Positions 25,773-39,072 of a DNA stretch of 64,000 nucleotides are shown one piece after another. The stretch comes from Octopus vulgaris (lineage: Eukaryota). The stretch is from the NCBI GenBank assembly GCA_951406725.2, contig OX597838.1:31372001-31436000 (forward strand), given 5' to 3'. The notes below the pieces were generated by a model. It saw only the letters and a program-made list of their open reading frames with translations. It did no database searches and was not told where the DNA came from. Position numbers and translations under genes: made by a program. The number at the start of each line of letters is the position of its first letter. The first letter of the stretch is position 1.

Positions 25773-26092
25773 CAGGGGCTCTCAACTATTTTTTTTATCT
25801 ATGGACCCATTTAATACCTATTTTATTCTGGTGGATTCCCATAGCCATTTGATGGTTAAAAAACTAGTTTTATAGAAACTTCTTTCAAAATTCCTATTTT
25901 GTTTTTCGCACATTAACTTGTGTAGGTTGAAATATGTAAAATGTTAGGGAAAGAAACCTAGCTGTCTCTTGCAATACATAGATCTAAAGCAAAATATTTT
26001 CAGGGGCCCTTAAAATACTAGTGTGGATCTCCAATTTACTATTCTATGTGAACCCTCAAGAATTTTATATGGACCCCAGTTGAGAACCACAG
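25773..26092 (+). mobile_element. hAT (Charlie-like) MITE family E
   Basis: TIRs CAGGGGCTCTCAACT...AGTTGAGAACCACAG with subterminal tggacc(c) repeats. Related copies at 31615, 32499 and 48310. Confidence 0.8.
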
Positions 26093-26329
26093 AATTTGCT
26101 AGAATCAATAACAATCACCTCGCTATTAATTTATCATAAATATTTCCCGCAGATCCATACCAATCTTCAGAATAGTTCAGTGAACACCAATAGATCTATT
26201 GTTGGTTGGTTTGGGGTTTGGAATGGAAAGGTAACAGAATCAGAATCTCAGAAGCTCTGCCTCAAAGATGAGATGACAAAAGCTGAAGAGGATTACATCA
26301 ACTGACACTCCTGTCTGTCACAACAACGA

Positions 26330-26620
26330 TGGTTCCAACTGATACAAACAATGGAACAGTCAGCTCATGAAATTAACATGAAAGCGGCTGAACGCTCCAT
26401 AGACATGTGTACCTTAACACAGTTCTCAGGGAGATTCAGTGAGACACAGAATGTGGTAAGGCTGGCCCTTTGAAATACAAGTACTACTCATTTTTACCAG
26501 CTAAGCAGTTGGGAGCAACATGAAATAAAGTGTCTTGCTCAAGGACAGAGCGTGCTGTAATCAAACTTACAACCTTATAATCACAAGCCAAATACCCAAA
26601 CTATTAAGCCACACGTCTTC
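26330..26620 (-). mobile_element. SINE family G
   Basis: Collinear with 13700-13997. Confidence 0.85.
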
Positions 26621-27088
26621 ACTGTGGTTACATAGCAGACTCAGGACATCTGCCTGCGTGGAGAAATAGATGTTAAAACAATGAGGATCATCCTCATCTC
26701 ACCATTAGTTTACATCTGTTCTTCCCATGTTGATCCTTTACAATTAGGCACACGCAGCAACAGAGATAACAGTCAATCTTTGTTATTGCATTTTACTTTG
26801 TGTAGGCATAGGGGAGACATTAGCTGATGCCCTTCTCTCCCCAACCACTTTATAATAGGAACTAAATGTAGATTATTATATTGCCAACTCTAGAGAGGTT
26901 CTTTTGTAATCAGAATGATGGTCACTGCCTGGTTGGTTCATATTCAGAGTTGCCTGCATTTCAGCTTGCAGAATCCAACCTTCTTTCATCTGTTTGTCTA
27001 CTTTTGAGGGGAGATAAGTGAGCACCCCACTCCAGTTGGATACCCTTGATCTTTTTCATACTTAGTCTGATGGAAGTTTTGTCTGGGG

Positions 27089-27162
27089 AATATAAACCCT
27101 ATTGATCTCAGCAGGCCAGCAATGACCCTTGCAGGCCTGCTACGATCAATATGATTTGCATC
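27089..27162 (-). ncRNA. Candidate pri-miRNA-like hairpin (unvalidated)
   Basis: 34-position stem with a 6-nt loop by manual pairing on the minus strand. No match to a known miRNA recognised. Confidence 0.3.
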
Positions 27163-27795
27163 TCTGTGCTGACTTATACCAGAAAAAATGTGAGCAGCAG
27201 AGAGTGAGATTCTAAGCAGTTGACTGATAAAGGAAAAGGAATTAGGTAAACAAATATATCGAAAAACTAGAATATGTATTTATCACAGAGATAAAAAAGA
27301 AAACAAAATTTTAACATTACCCAAATACAAGGCATTAGTATAACTGATAACATTGTATATAGGCTAAATAGATTAACTCAAATATTCTCTAGAGGTCATC
27401 TCACAGTGAACTGACCGGATGATATATAAAATAGACTGGGTCGTGTTAAGTAACAGACATTCAAGTAAATCTTCACCATTCTTTCATTAAAGTTAATTTC
27501 CTCTAAAGTACATTGTAGCATCGGACAGCACATGGCTTGATGCTGCAGTAATTTATATTGAAGTTAATCACCAAAATGACACCTGGTGATTAGTTGTGCA
27601 GTTGTACACCAACATCTGTTGAAAACTGATAAATCATTGATAATCTGTGGAGGTGAGGGGAGGGGCAGACAAGATTAAGAACCCTTGTTAAAAACTCCAT
27701 CTACAATTTGATACAGTCTTGCAAGGCAAACAGTAAAATGTGAGAACAAGATCTCCCTTCTAAAACAATATTTGTGATATATATATATATATATA

Positions 27796-27999
27796 CAATG
27801 CAGCACGGATTTTTGTCAGTGAACAGGTCGCGGATTTTAGCGACGAAAATATTTTGACAAATTAAACTTAAATGTTGAAGTGAATCGAACGGATTTTGTG
27901 TGTTTCTTAAATGGCTTACAAACACCTTCCACGCTGCAATTGTTTCCGTTTCAGCACACGATCTCAGATCAAATCACTTGCTATGCGAGTACATCTCCG

Positions 28000-28001
<2 letters not shown>
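27796..28001. mobile_element. CpG-rich insert between two (TA)n tracts, probable DNA-transposon fragment
   Basis: About 200 bp with many CpGs, unlike its flanks, bounded by (TA)n on both sides. No TIR pair seen. Confidence 0.4.
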
Positions 28002-28068
<67 letters not shown>

Positions 28069-28078
28069 AAGAAAAAAA

Positions 28079-28123
<45 letters not shown>

Positions 28124-28132
28124 AAGAGAGAG
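28002..28132. repeat. Compound (AT)n-(AG)n-A run-(AG)n microsatellite
   Basis: Directly visible. Confidence 0.95.
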
Positions 28133-31100
28133 TATATAGCTGATTTAATCCAGTCCAGCATTTCACTAGTGCAGCATGTTGTCTCAAACAAATAAATATT
28201 TGAAGTTGATTTCTGCAGATGATTTATTGTGAAAGCAAAATGGTTGTCTGTCTGTTACACATCTAAATAGTGAAGCCATATAATATAGTGTTGTGGCACA
28301 TTAATATACTTTGTCAACATATTTGGGTGCTGCCAATGATTGGGACTGCTGAAACATTAAATTTCTTCCAATTCCGACCCTTTTTTTTTTATTTTTTTAT
28401 TTAAACTTTGGAGATTCTTAGAGTGAATCCCTCCTTTAGATTTCAAACTTGCTAAACCCCCCAATGAGAGATCATTATAGGATCCTCATAGAAAAGAATA
28501 CCTGATATTTAAGGAGGGAAAAAAATAAAAAAACAAAGCTGATAGCAACTTCACAAAATTCATTTTTGAATTTTCTGGATCACACAAGTATACACCTTGC
28601 TTCCTAAATGCTCAAATGACCACTACGTTAACCAGAGTTGCTGTTAAGGCTGTCGTCATTTGGTCAAATGAAAAATACTCCATTTTTACATAGGCCTTAA
28701 CCATTTTATGTCATATAAGCAAAAAAAAAAAAAAAAAAAATGCTACAAGCCAGTAAAGATACCTCTACATCTATGTTTATTGCCAAACTTTTCCATGCAC
28801 CTCACCCCTAAGGAACATTTGATTAATTTCCATACCCTCTAACAAAAGTAATATCACATAAGTGAAAATGTTTATTTTTCTAATAACTCTTTTTTTAAAT
28901 TTAAACAAACCACAAATGGTGCTGTAGAATAATAAGCTTTTGATGTGATTAAGAGAATGAAGTTAATTTTAAGAATAAATATGTTAAAATTTTTATTCTG
29001 AAAAGCAATTTCAATAAAGTACATGTAACCCTACCCCCCTTGTTGCATCATCTGAAATGCTATCTCAAACCCCAGGTGGGCTTTACATGATTGCTCACTT
29101 TGCTAGAAATAACAATCACATTTCCTTCAAATTACATCCTACTATCATATATATATACACACACACATATATATATATATATAAAGTGGGGGTGCATAAG
29201 AAAATCCTTAAGAATTAATATTTCTGCTTGGTCAGGGTTGAACCAGGGTCAAATGAGTAAAACATTAAATATTTCACCATATCCACAACAATAGAATTAC
29301 TATCATTTTTGTGGTTGGTTTAATTGGTAGAACCTCCTGTCCTTGTAAATAAAATGAAGCCACAAGAGAAATGTCTAAGAAGCAATAATATTTTATATAT
29401 ATATATATATCTGAAATTCTAATAAAAGAAAAAGAAAAACAACAAATATCAAACAGCTCCACATAATTTTACCTTATCCACCACATCCATTGACTTACAC
29501 TGCACCATGCCACACTATGCTATACTAGACTTGCACAGATCCACGCCAAACCTCTACACCACACAATAACAAACTCACACCACATCATGCAACACTACAG
29601 CAGACCAGACATATTGCTACATTTCACTGTGGTTCTGACAAACACTCCATTAGACCAGAGAAAGGTAAATCAATAAAATATCTAAGTCAACTTATTGAAA
29701 CATTTCATTGGTAGTTTGAATGAGGGGGTGGGGGGAGTGATGGGTGAGTGAGAGAGAAAGAGAGAGATGGGGAATCATCTTATTTAGCCTGAAAGGACGG
29801 CTGTACCCGGGGAGTTTAGCTAGAAGAGATGGCGGGGAGGACAGGTAATGGGAGAGGAAATAGAGATACAATTATGAAGAATGTATCTTGCACTAACATA
29901 GAAATTCAGAATGTTTTATTGTGTTTTGAAAGAGAAATGTTAATTCATCTGAAAAGCCTACATAAGAATGTAAAATACACACAGACACAGGTAGGTAGGT
30001 AGGTGTGTGTGTGTGTGTGTCACAAATCTTCATTTTTCTTTAACATGTACTTACAAGTAAGAATAGACGAGACTTGTTCACTATCACCACCACCACCATT
30101 TGAATTCCTGGCACTTATGTTAATCAAACAGGAAAGAATAATGGACTAAATTGACTATAACAAGAATTTAACAGTAAATGACTAACAAGAATAAAGAATA
30201 AAGCCCATTGCTTTAAAGATCGACAAATTGTAAACAGCTGAAATGAGTTGATGCTTGTTTAAATATAATTTCCTGGACTAATTAACCTCATCTTTACAAT
30301 GTAACAGTTATAATATTTAGTGGCTTTCAACATTTTGTAGCTCAGTGGCCCATTCTACCAAATGGCGCTAATGCCCCTGTCCTTCACCAGTTCATGTGCT
30401 GAAGTTATTTTAATCAAACAAAAGCTCCCAATCGTGTGCAGTGGTTTTATTACCTATATTGTCTCATATTACATGATCACAATATATACCTTTTTTTAAG
30501 TATTCACAAGTACCATTGTCCTCTATACTAAATTTGTATCGAAATTACTGAAGAAGGCTGGGACTTACATAATTGTTTTTGACTCTGACACAATGCCAAC
30601 AATTTTGAGGGGAGGGGGCAAGTTGATTACATCAACCCCAGTGTTCAACTGGTATTTCTTTTATCCACCCCAAAAGAATAAAAGGTAAAGCTGACTTTGG
30701 TGACATATAAACTCAGAATGTGAAGAGCCAAAAGAAATACCACTAGGCATTTGGCTTAACATGGTAATGATTCTGCCAACTTGGAGTCCTTAGGGACTTA
30801 TATAATGAAATTATATTGGATCTTGGCACGTCATCAACCATGTGTCTCTTTCACTGATAACAACACCCAACTCATATTCTCATCTTGACAAAAAACTTTT
30901 GTTTCTTGAGAACACATTTTAAATAGAATACTGTACCTGGTTTAAATATTTTATTTCTGAAAAAACCCACAACCCCCAACCCTAAAAACCTCAAAGCCCC
31001 TTGCTCCCCAGCACTCATTAATCCATTATGAGCTCATAACAGTCAATTATACTTCCCTAGATTTAATCTGCTTCCTCAAATCTCTTACTCCCAGACTTGT

Positions 31101-31614
31101 GTGTGGTCCCATACTAGATTCCAATCAATAGCCTGTATTTCTAAAAAGGATTGTAGTGATATCTTTCTCTTTATCCACTAAGCCACTATTAATGGTACAG
31201 AAAAAAAAATGTCACCATATACATAATCAACAATAATACATCTGATTGATTGAAATGTAAGAGAGCTATGAAAATTGGATATATATGTATAATGTACAAA
31301 TTAGGTTAATTACATAGGAAATTATAATTGCATTAGCATTTTGCCACCTTACTAAAGAATAACAAAATATCACCTTAAACACATGGACATAAAGACGCTA
31401 TGATTGGTATTTTGAGGTAGGGACCATGAGTTGCTAGAACACTGTTAGGCACCAAGTTACAAGCACAACCTTAGAGCTATATATATATATAAACTGAACA
31501 GATTTACTAATTTAGCCACAAGTTGATGGTGGATCTATCAAGGTGCCAGAAACAGTAATCAAATTTCCCTCAGATCACTCCAAATCGTATTAAGACACAA
31601 AAAAAAACAGGATG

Positions 31615-31834
31615 CAGTGGTTATCAACTGGGGTCCAAATCAGATTTTGTTGTTAAAGTTTATCTACAAAAAATTGGTAAACAAATTTTTTTTTTTTTAA
31701 ATACAATTCCAATTATTATTTATTCATTAAAATATATGATTTTTTTTTTTTAACATTGAATGGCTAGAAAGATCCATCCAAGTAAAATAAAAATCAATTG
31801 GGTCCATTGGAAAAAAACTGGTTGAGAAACACTG
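31615..31834 (-). mobile_element. hAT MITE family E inserted in a family F repeat
   Basis: CAGTGGTTATCAAC...GTTGAGAAACACTG. Family F sequence lies on both sides (31535-31614, 31835-31910). Confidence 0.75.
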
Positions 31835-32498
31835 CTTTAGACAAAGTATGGTGAAGAATAGCATTGTCATAGCTGGTCGTAGTCAATGATCAGAAACGAC
31901 CAAACACTAACTAACTTAACCAATGACCTCAAGTTCCTTAGGCTATAGCATAACACACTTGCCTGTACTAAAGCAACTCCAATATTCTTTTCTACTCTAG
32001 GCATAAGGCCTGAAATTTTGGGGGAGGGGGCCAGTTGATTAGATCAACCCCAGTACACAACTGGTACTTAATTTATTAACCCTGAGAGGAAACCAACTTC
32101 AATATTAAAGTTATTAAAAAAAAAAACATGATTGGATAGAGAAGTAAATTAAACAAACGGTGTTCTTGTTATTGTGAGGGCTATCTTATGGTTAATGTTG
32201 CCTGGCCTTGTGGTTACAGCATTAAAATTCACAATCATGAGATCATGATTTCCATTCCTGAAGCAGACTGGCACATTGTGTTCATGACCAAAACACTTCA
32301 TTTCACACAGCCCCAGTCCACTCAGCTGTAAATGAGTTCCAGCAATAGCTAGAAGTTAATGTTGTAGTGGACTGGTATTCCATTCAGGAGGTAGAGTTGT
32401 AATCTCAATCACTTATACACTGTGAAAATTGGGTTAATCATTGGCCTTATGAGTTTTAGGGCTCAGGACAGATTTATGTCTAAGTTTTTTAAGTAGAC

Positions 32499-32699
32499 CA
32501 GAGTTTCTCAACCAGAGTCCTCTTACTCTCTTTTAATTGTTTCAGTCATTTGACTGTGGCCATGCTGGAGCACCGCCTTTAGTTGAGCAAATCGACTGCA
32601 GGACTTATTCTTTGTAAGCCAAGTAATTATTCTATCGGTCTCTTTTGCCGAACCGTGGGGACGTAAACACACTAGCATCGGTTGTGAAGCGATGTTGGG

Positions 32700-32732
<33 letters not shown>

Positions 32733-33102
32733 CATATACAACAGGCTTCTTTCAGTTTCCGTCTGCCAAATCCACTACAAGGCATTGGTCAGCCTGAGGC
32801 TATAGAAGAAGACACTTGCCCAAGGTGCCACTCAGTGGAACTGAACCCGGAACCATGTGGTTCGTAAGCAAGCTACTTACCACACAGCCACTCCTACGCC
32901 TATAAAATTTTGTTAAAATTTATCAACAGAAAAATTGGTTACACTTCTACAATACAATACAATAGTTTAACAATTCTTTAATGTAATTCCTAATAATAAG
33001 TCAAAATAGGAATTTTTAAACATTGACTGGTTATAAGGGTCCACCAGAGTAAAATAGTAATCAAAAAGGGTCCATAGGTAAAAAAATGTTTGAGAAACAC
33101 TG
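32499..33102 (-). mobile_element. hAT MITE family E interrupted by SINE A
   Basis: CAGAGTTTCTCAAC...TTTGAGAAACACTG. The 8-bp flanks aagtagac / atgtagat resemble a Charlie NTCTAGAN-type TSD. Confidence 0.8.
32523..32900 (-). mobile_element. SINE family A, full length
   Basis: Reverse strand head GGCGTAGGAGTGGCTGTGTGGTAAGTAGCTTGC...CCGGGTTCAGTTCCAC (A/B boxes), with internal (CA)/(TA) microsatellite. Confidence 0.92.
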
Positions 33103-35104
33103 ATGTAGATTAATAAGTTAGAAAAATGGGATGGCCAAGGTTGTCTTGGATAAATTGAAATATTAGAACAACATAGAAATGTCAAAGCAATCAGTAACCA
33201 GAACCAAAAAAGAGGATTAATGATAATAACATATTCATGAATATCTCGAGAATGTTTTGGGTAAGTGGAGTCACATGTAGATTTTAAGTGAACTTGTAGT
33301 GATTTGTTTTTCACAGATTGTTCCATTTGAAAATTGCCCAAATAATGCTATCAAGGTTCAGTATTTTCAGGACATTAGTTATACGGAAGTCACAGAGCCA
33401 TTCCACTGGCTCTCACATACCACTTAGTTCAGCTGAGTTAAAAAAAAAAAAAACATGGTCCATCATGTCAGTAAACAACAAGTTGGATGGAGATGTAGCT
33501 TACGTAAGAAATCAAGATGGGTAAATGATATTAATTAAAATATCATGTGATAGGCACTGGAAGCCAAATATGTAAAACATTTGTTCTGTGAAATTTTCCT
33601 ATGAGAAGAAATTATTCTAACTGAACATCACTTGAGGAATCAGTAAACAATTGTGAAGGAGCTAAACTATAGAGGTTAGAAGTGAAATAGCTACAGTGTA
33701 GATGAGATGTGAGAGCAACACAAGTGGTTAAATTGAGAAATGCCCTACAACAGTAGTGCTATGCATAGAGTGAAGGCTGATATACTAGATGGCTTTCAAA
33801 GAGGTCTTGAATGTCATGTTAAATGAGGTTAAGATATACTGCTTATATCATCAGGAGAGGTGGAGGAGGAAGTGGAGAAGAAACGGGGGGGGTGACGTTA
33901 TTTTAAGTGACATTATTTGAAGGGTGTGATAGTTAAGATTGGTTATGGATAAAGATGAGGAGGTGGCTTTAAAAAAAAAAGACAATCAGAAAAGATAAAA
34001 TACTCAACAACTTGCAAGCCAAGGTGGTAGGAGGAAGCTTAAATGATTTGAAGGATTGTAATTAACAAGCAAAGAACTGATTAGCAAATTATAAAATTAA
34101 AAAAATACATTTTAGCAAAGAAACCAACGGTGTGTGAAAATAGCTATTCCATAATAAGTATTAAAGTCACTCAAGTTTAAAACCACTCAAGGGAATCTTC
34201 TTTTCGTTTTATGTGAGAAAATGTTTAAAAACTAAAATGCTGGAGCAGTTAAAATACTGGAGACACGATGATGTTAATAAGAAAATTCAGGTCAATTATT
34301 AATTCCCTCCACAAACACACACAATGAAGGCACATGGTGAAAGAAGGAGGCATTTTATGTGCACACCAAACAGCATTATTTAATGACAAGTATGAAATTA
34401 CAAATACATAACAGTATTCGCACAATATGTTTTAATACAATCAATGAGAACAGCTAATTTAGAAATGAGGAAAAATTTCGAAGAAAAATTTTCAATGAGG
34501 ATTTAAAAATCAATAAACAGAGATTCATCAGCACACACTGGTTCCCCCCATACCCACCACATCCACCACCACAGCAATAAGTCTTGCTGTTTGCAAAGAT
34601 CATTGTTTTCTAGATGAATAATTGTCAACATTCATGTAATCATAGCAACAAAATGGATCCGTAGGTGGCAAAGTACACTGACTATAAATAGCATTTAGAA
34701 AACCTGTTAAACAACTTCTCCAGCTCGTACACAGTGGGTTTAGCTAAATAACATAGAAAACAGGATTCCAGGAAATGGAATTCACTGACAAAAAAAGAAA
34801 ACTTTTCCTCTAACATGGCTAAGGAAACGGATTCTAATAAGTAATGATAATAATAATAATGATGATAGTTTATTTAATAATCCTGCCTCTATTTCAATAA
34901 TAATTTTTCTTTGTTCGAGCACAAGGCAAGCAATTTCAAAAAGTAGGGGGACTAATTAAGTCAATCTCAACATTTGACCAATACCCCCCACCCACTCCCG
35001 CGAGACACTAAAAGCTGTTGAACCTGGCTGGGATTGAAATCAGAATGTAAACAGCTGGAAGAAATGCTACAAGGTATTGTGTCTGAGATACTCTAAGTTC
35101 ACAA

Positions 35105-35105
<1 letters not shown>

Positions 35106-35144
<39 letters not shown>

Positions 35145-35198
35145 GGTGGTGGTGGTGGTGGTAGTGGTAGTAGTAGTAGCAGCAGCAGTAGTAGTAGT
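35106..35198. repeat. Compound (TAG)n-(TGG)n-(CAG)n trinucleotide repeat
   Basis: Directly visible. Confidence 0.95.
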
Positions 35199-35504
35199 AA
35201 AAGCTAACACCATTAACGCACTACATAAAAGAAACTTTGAGACTTTGCAAATTCTATTCCCTCACTAAAAACTAAAGATAAAAATCATACTTTACAATTG
35301 TCGGAGTAAAAATAACAGAACATGCAGTAAGATTATTAACAACAACAACAACAACAACAATAATAACCCTAAAATATTTGTTGCCACCTTCCACCATAAA
35401 TACTTAGTATTCTGTAACCTTCCGAAATGTATTCAGGAAGAAATGCAAACATTTCCTGCTCTAATGGCATTTGTTAAAGCTAAACAGCAGACAACATGTG
35501 TGTG

Positions 35505-35542
<38 letters not shown>

Positions 35543-36118
35543 TGTGTGTGTGTGTGTGTATCTATATATGTATGTATAATCAGTGTACAGTTTAGAAGTG
35601 TGCTGAAAGTATTGCTCTCTGCTAATATAGACAAGATAGAATCTTAACAGATGACTGTTCTAGAAGATCACTAAAACAATGAGTCACTCTACTAGGTCAT
35701 TAGAAAACCATTGCCATGGTTTACAAGAGCCATTATGTCTGCCTACTCCAGGCTGTATAGACATAAAACTGCACAAGAAAGATCACATGACAAATAGATC
35801 AAATTATTTTTGTGCAGAAATATAGTTAGGAGAGAAAATGCCAAGTAAATTCAGAGAATAGATTGGCCAAATTTAAACTGTCGTAGACTTCCAGAAGCCA
35901 CACATCATCTGTAGAAATACAGAAATTCTAATTCAGCTAATTTGTTAATGCCTGTAGAAATTAATTAATTAATTATAATAATAAACTAAATTTTATACAA
36001 TAGACTAGATGTTATACTAAAAATGATCAACAGTTATTGACTCCTTTCACACAGATGAGGAGAACCAAACATTACAAAGAGACACATAAAAGATGTGCTC
36101 TTAACCCTTTTTGATGTG

Positions 36119-36364
36119 CACAGACAGGATGCTGAATGCACTTTTGCCGGAGGACAAAAAGCCTAACAAACATAAAGCCAAATGGACACAATGATAAAAA
36201 AATAAAACATTCCCACCTACATAGTTTAATGACCAATTCTGTCTGTCAAATGGTCATATTGTAGGAATAAAATGATTATCATGCATTTTAATTTTTGTAT
36301 GCCTTTTTGGCATCCATTTGGCTTCTTGTCCTTCGGCAAAAGTGCATTTGGCATCCCATCCGTG
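36119..36364. mobile_element. MITE with ~55-bp TIRs and CAC...GTG termini
   Basis: cacagacaggatgctgaatgcacttttgccggaggacaaaaagcc pairs with ggcttcttgtccttcggcaaaagtgcatttggcatcccatccgtg. Confidence 0.75.
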
Positions 36365-36471
36365 TTCCCTTTTTGACATTAAACAGACCAAGATCACTCT
36401 TGGTTTTATGGCAAAGACTTCCTGTTTTAAAGCCATCTAAATTAAAACTTCCTATTAAGATTTCATGTTAA

Positions 36472-36694
36472 CCCTTTCATTACCGTATTTATTTTGAGAT
36501 GCTCTGGGTTTCTTTCAATTATTTTAAATATAACAAAGAATTTAGTAAAATTATTTAGTTATCATTAAGTTAGAGTTAGGAACATAAATTGTGACTAAGG
36601 TTTTTTAGTGGAAGATTTTAATTCAAAACTTATGAAAACAAGACATTTGTACTACAGAGCCAGAACCGGTTTCAGCCAGGTTGGTAACGAAAGG
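36472..36694 (+). mobile_element. piggyBac-type MITE family D, young, nested in an older D-related copy (36367-37003, minus)
   Basis: TTAA|CCCTTTCATTACC...GGTAACGAAAGGG|TTAA. Confidence 0.9.
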
Positions 36695-36716
36695 GTTAAT
36701 ATATGCTCCAAATATG

Positions 36717-36903
36717 AAGTGGTGAGCTGACAGAATCATTAGCACACTGGGTAACATGCTTAGTAGCATTTCGTCCCTCTTCAAGCTCGAGTTCAAATTC
36801 TACCAGAGTCAATAAAATAAGTACCAGTTGAGTATTGGGGTTGATGTGATCGATTTGCCCCCTCCCCCAAAATTATTGACCTTGTGTCAAAATCTGAAAC
36901 CAG
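36717..36903 (+). mobile_element. SINE family B nested in the old MITE
   Basis: gtggtgagctgacagaatcattagcac...gagttcaaattc. Approximate TSD tatatgctccaaata / tctatgttacaaaca. Confidence 0.8.
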
Positions 36904-37924
36904 TCTATGTTACAAACACCAGCTGAATAATGGATAAAGCCATTTTAATATATTCTTCATCATTTTAAAAATTAACTGAGACAGAAGAATATGGTGACAA
37001 AAGGACAGTTCTTGTTTATCACTGAAGAAATTTGTTGCGTTTAATTTCTCGTTGTCAGTCAAGTACAATAATGAGAGCAGCAGATGTCAAAGAGCACACA
37101 ACAAGGAAACAACACTGCAGTGTGAAGCACCATGCCTCTCTAATGACGTTAATGTTCCAATTTATGTACACTCACAAACACACAAGGCTGACATAAAAAT
37201 CAGTGGAAGGTTTTGAAGAAGAAGAAAAAAAAAAGAAAAGTTTGCAGAGAGGTCATTGGGGCAAAAGAAGAGGGGGGACTACTATATCATCACCACCACC
37301 TTTTTCAGAAATACAGTAGGAAAAAAAAAAAAAAGAGAAAACAATGTCAACACAGAGTAGTAGTAGTGCAAGTAGTAGCAGTGCAAGTAGTAATAAATCT
37401 GTTGGAGATAAATAGACTGCACATAAATAGTACTTGAGAAACTATCTCACCCTCATAAATTTGACATAAATATATTTAAAACAAGCAAAACTTTAAACAG
37501 AAGCAGTCCACCAGCAGCTTATTGCTGCAAGACTGTGGTTGTTTGTTCACTAAAAATAGCAACTAAATCTCACACCAATCCAGAGTTTGTGGTTTTCAAA
37601 AAAAAAAAAAGAAAAAGGAAGAAAAAAAAGGACATACTGAATAATGTAGTCCTTGATACACTTGTCTGAATAAAACCAAAAGAGATGGTCACAGCTGCTC
37701 GATAATTAGAGTTGATATCAAGCTAAGCAACAACAGAAGCTGTTCATAAAGTTTGCAGTGTCATGCTAACTCTACCTGAGAAATAACTCCATTTAAATAC
37801 TCAGCATTTACACAGCAATAAACATGAGAAGGTATGTGGGGTTCCATTTATTCAGTAACTGAAACATTCAATCACCCAAATCGACACTACACACACACTT
37901 TCATTTATTCCGATGTCCATTATT

Positions 37925-38221
37925 TCCTCTTTTACCTGTTTAAGTCATTAGACTGCATCCATGCTGAAGCAAAGCTTTCAAGAATTTTAGTCAAACAGAT
38001 AAACCCAAGTACTTATGTCTAGTATTTATTTTATCAGTCACATTTTGCTGAATTGCTAAGTTACAGATACATAGCGGTTGGTCAAGTGAAGAGGTAGGGG
38101 GAAAACACAGGTGCTGGCCAGGAGCAATAGTAGAAGATACTTGCCCAAAGTGCCACACTGGGATTGAACCCAAGACTAATGTGATTGCAAAGTGAGCTTC
38201 TTATCCATATGACCATGCCTG
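37925..38221 (-). mobile_element. SINE family A, diverged and internally deleted
   Basis: cagtca...gctaagttac...gaagatacttgcccaaagtgccacactgggattgaaccc. Confidence 0.75.
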
Positions 38222-38981
38222 CTAGCCTCAAGTTACATGAATATATACTGTTGATGTAATGGTTTAGATGCCCTTCCTGCAATAAACAATACAGCCATCT
38301 CTTTTCCTCCTCCATCTTCCATATTATGCCTCACCTCTCACGCTCCGCCCTAACTACTATTCCCAAACTTTCCTCCATCAGTCTCAATTTTCTGGAATTC
38401 TTTCCTCACATACTGATTTAAATATGTTTAAGCTGTACTGTGGAAGATCCATGAAACTTGTAGGTCCTACTTCTTCTTCCTTTTGAGTGAACCCGTAAAA
38501 AAAAATAATGGTACTGCATCAAGTTATCAAGCAAGGTTCCAAATTTAAAACTAAAATCCCAAGGGAAGTCAGTTATAATGCAAATTCTCCAACTCTTCTC
38601 TCACGAAATTCAAACAATTCCATTCTGATAAACTCATTTGTTTTCTTCTATAAAAACAAAATGTTGAAAGTGTTATCTAGATAGAAATTGCTTCAAAGTA
38701 GATAAATAGTTGTTAAATTAGATAAAAAGCCCTTATTTAATTAGTTACATAAATAACAGACATCTATCTTCAGTGGAGATTTGAAGATTAATATTTTCAA
38801 AGTCTTTGTAACCAGTAGATTCATTTGCTAATGTCATTAGAATTCATCAAAAGAGTATCATTCGTCTTTCCTTTCAGAACATTAATTCAAAGAAGCCAGT
38901 AATCATCTTGCACTCACAATCATTTTGGTATCACAATCATTGACTGAAATAAAATTTTTATTTAAAAAAATAATAAACTAA

Positions 38982-39072
38982 TGCTTTTTGATAGCAAAGA
39001 GGTATTTATCAAACTGTTTAAATTTGTGCTTTTTGGTAGCAAAGAGGTATTTATCAAACTGTTTAAATTTGT
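38982..39072. repeat. Tandem duplication, 2 x 45 bp
   Basis: tgctttttg(a/g)tagcaaagaggtatttatcaaactgtttaaatttg twice, with one mismatch. Confidence 0.95.

Noticed and set aside
32830-32900. tRNA gene candidates at SINE heads
   Set aside because: A/B boxes are present but there is no cloverleaf, and the sequence continues into SINE bodies.
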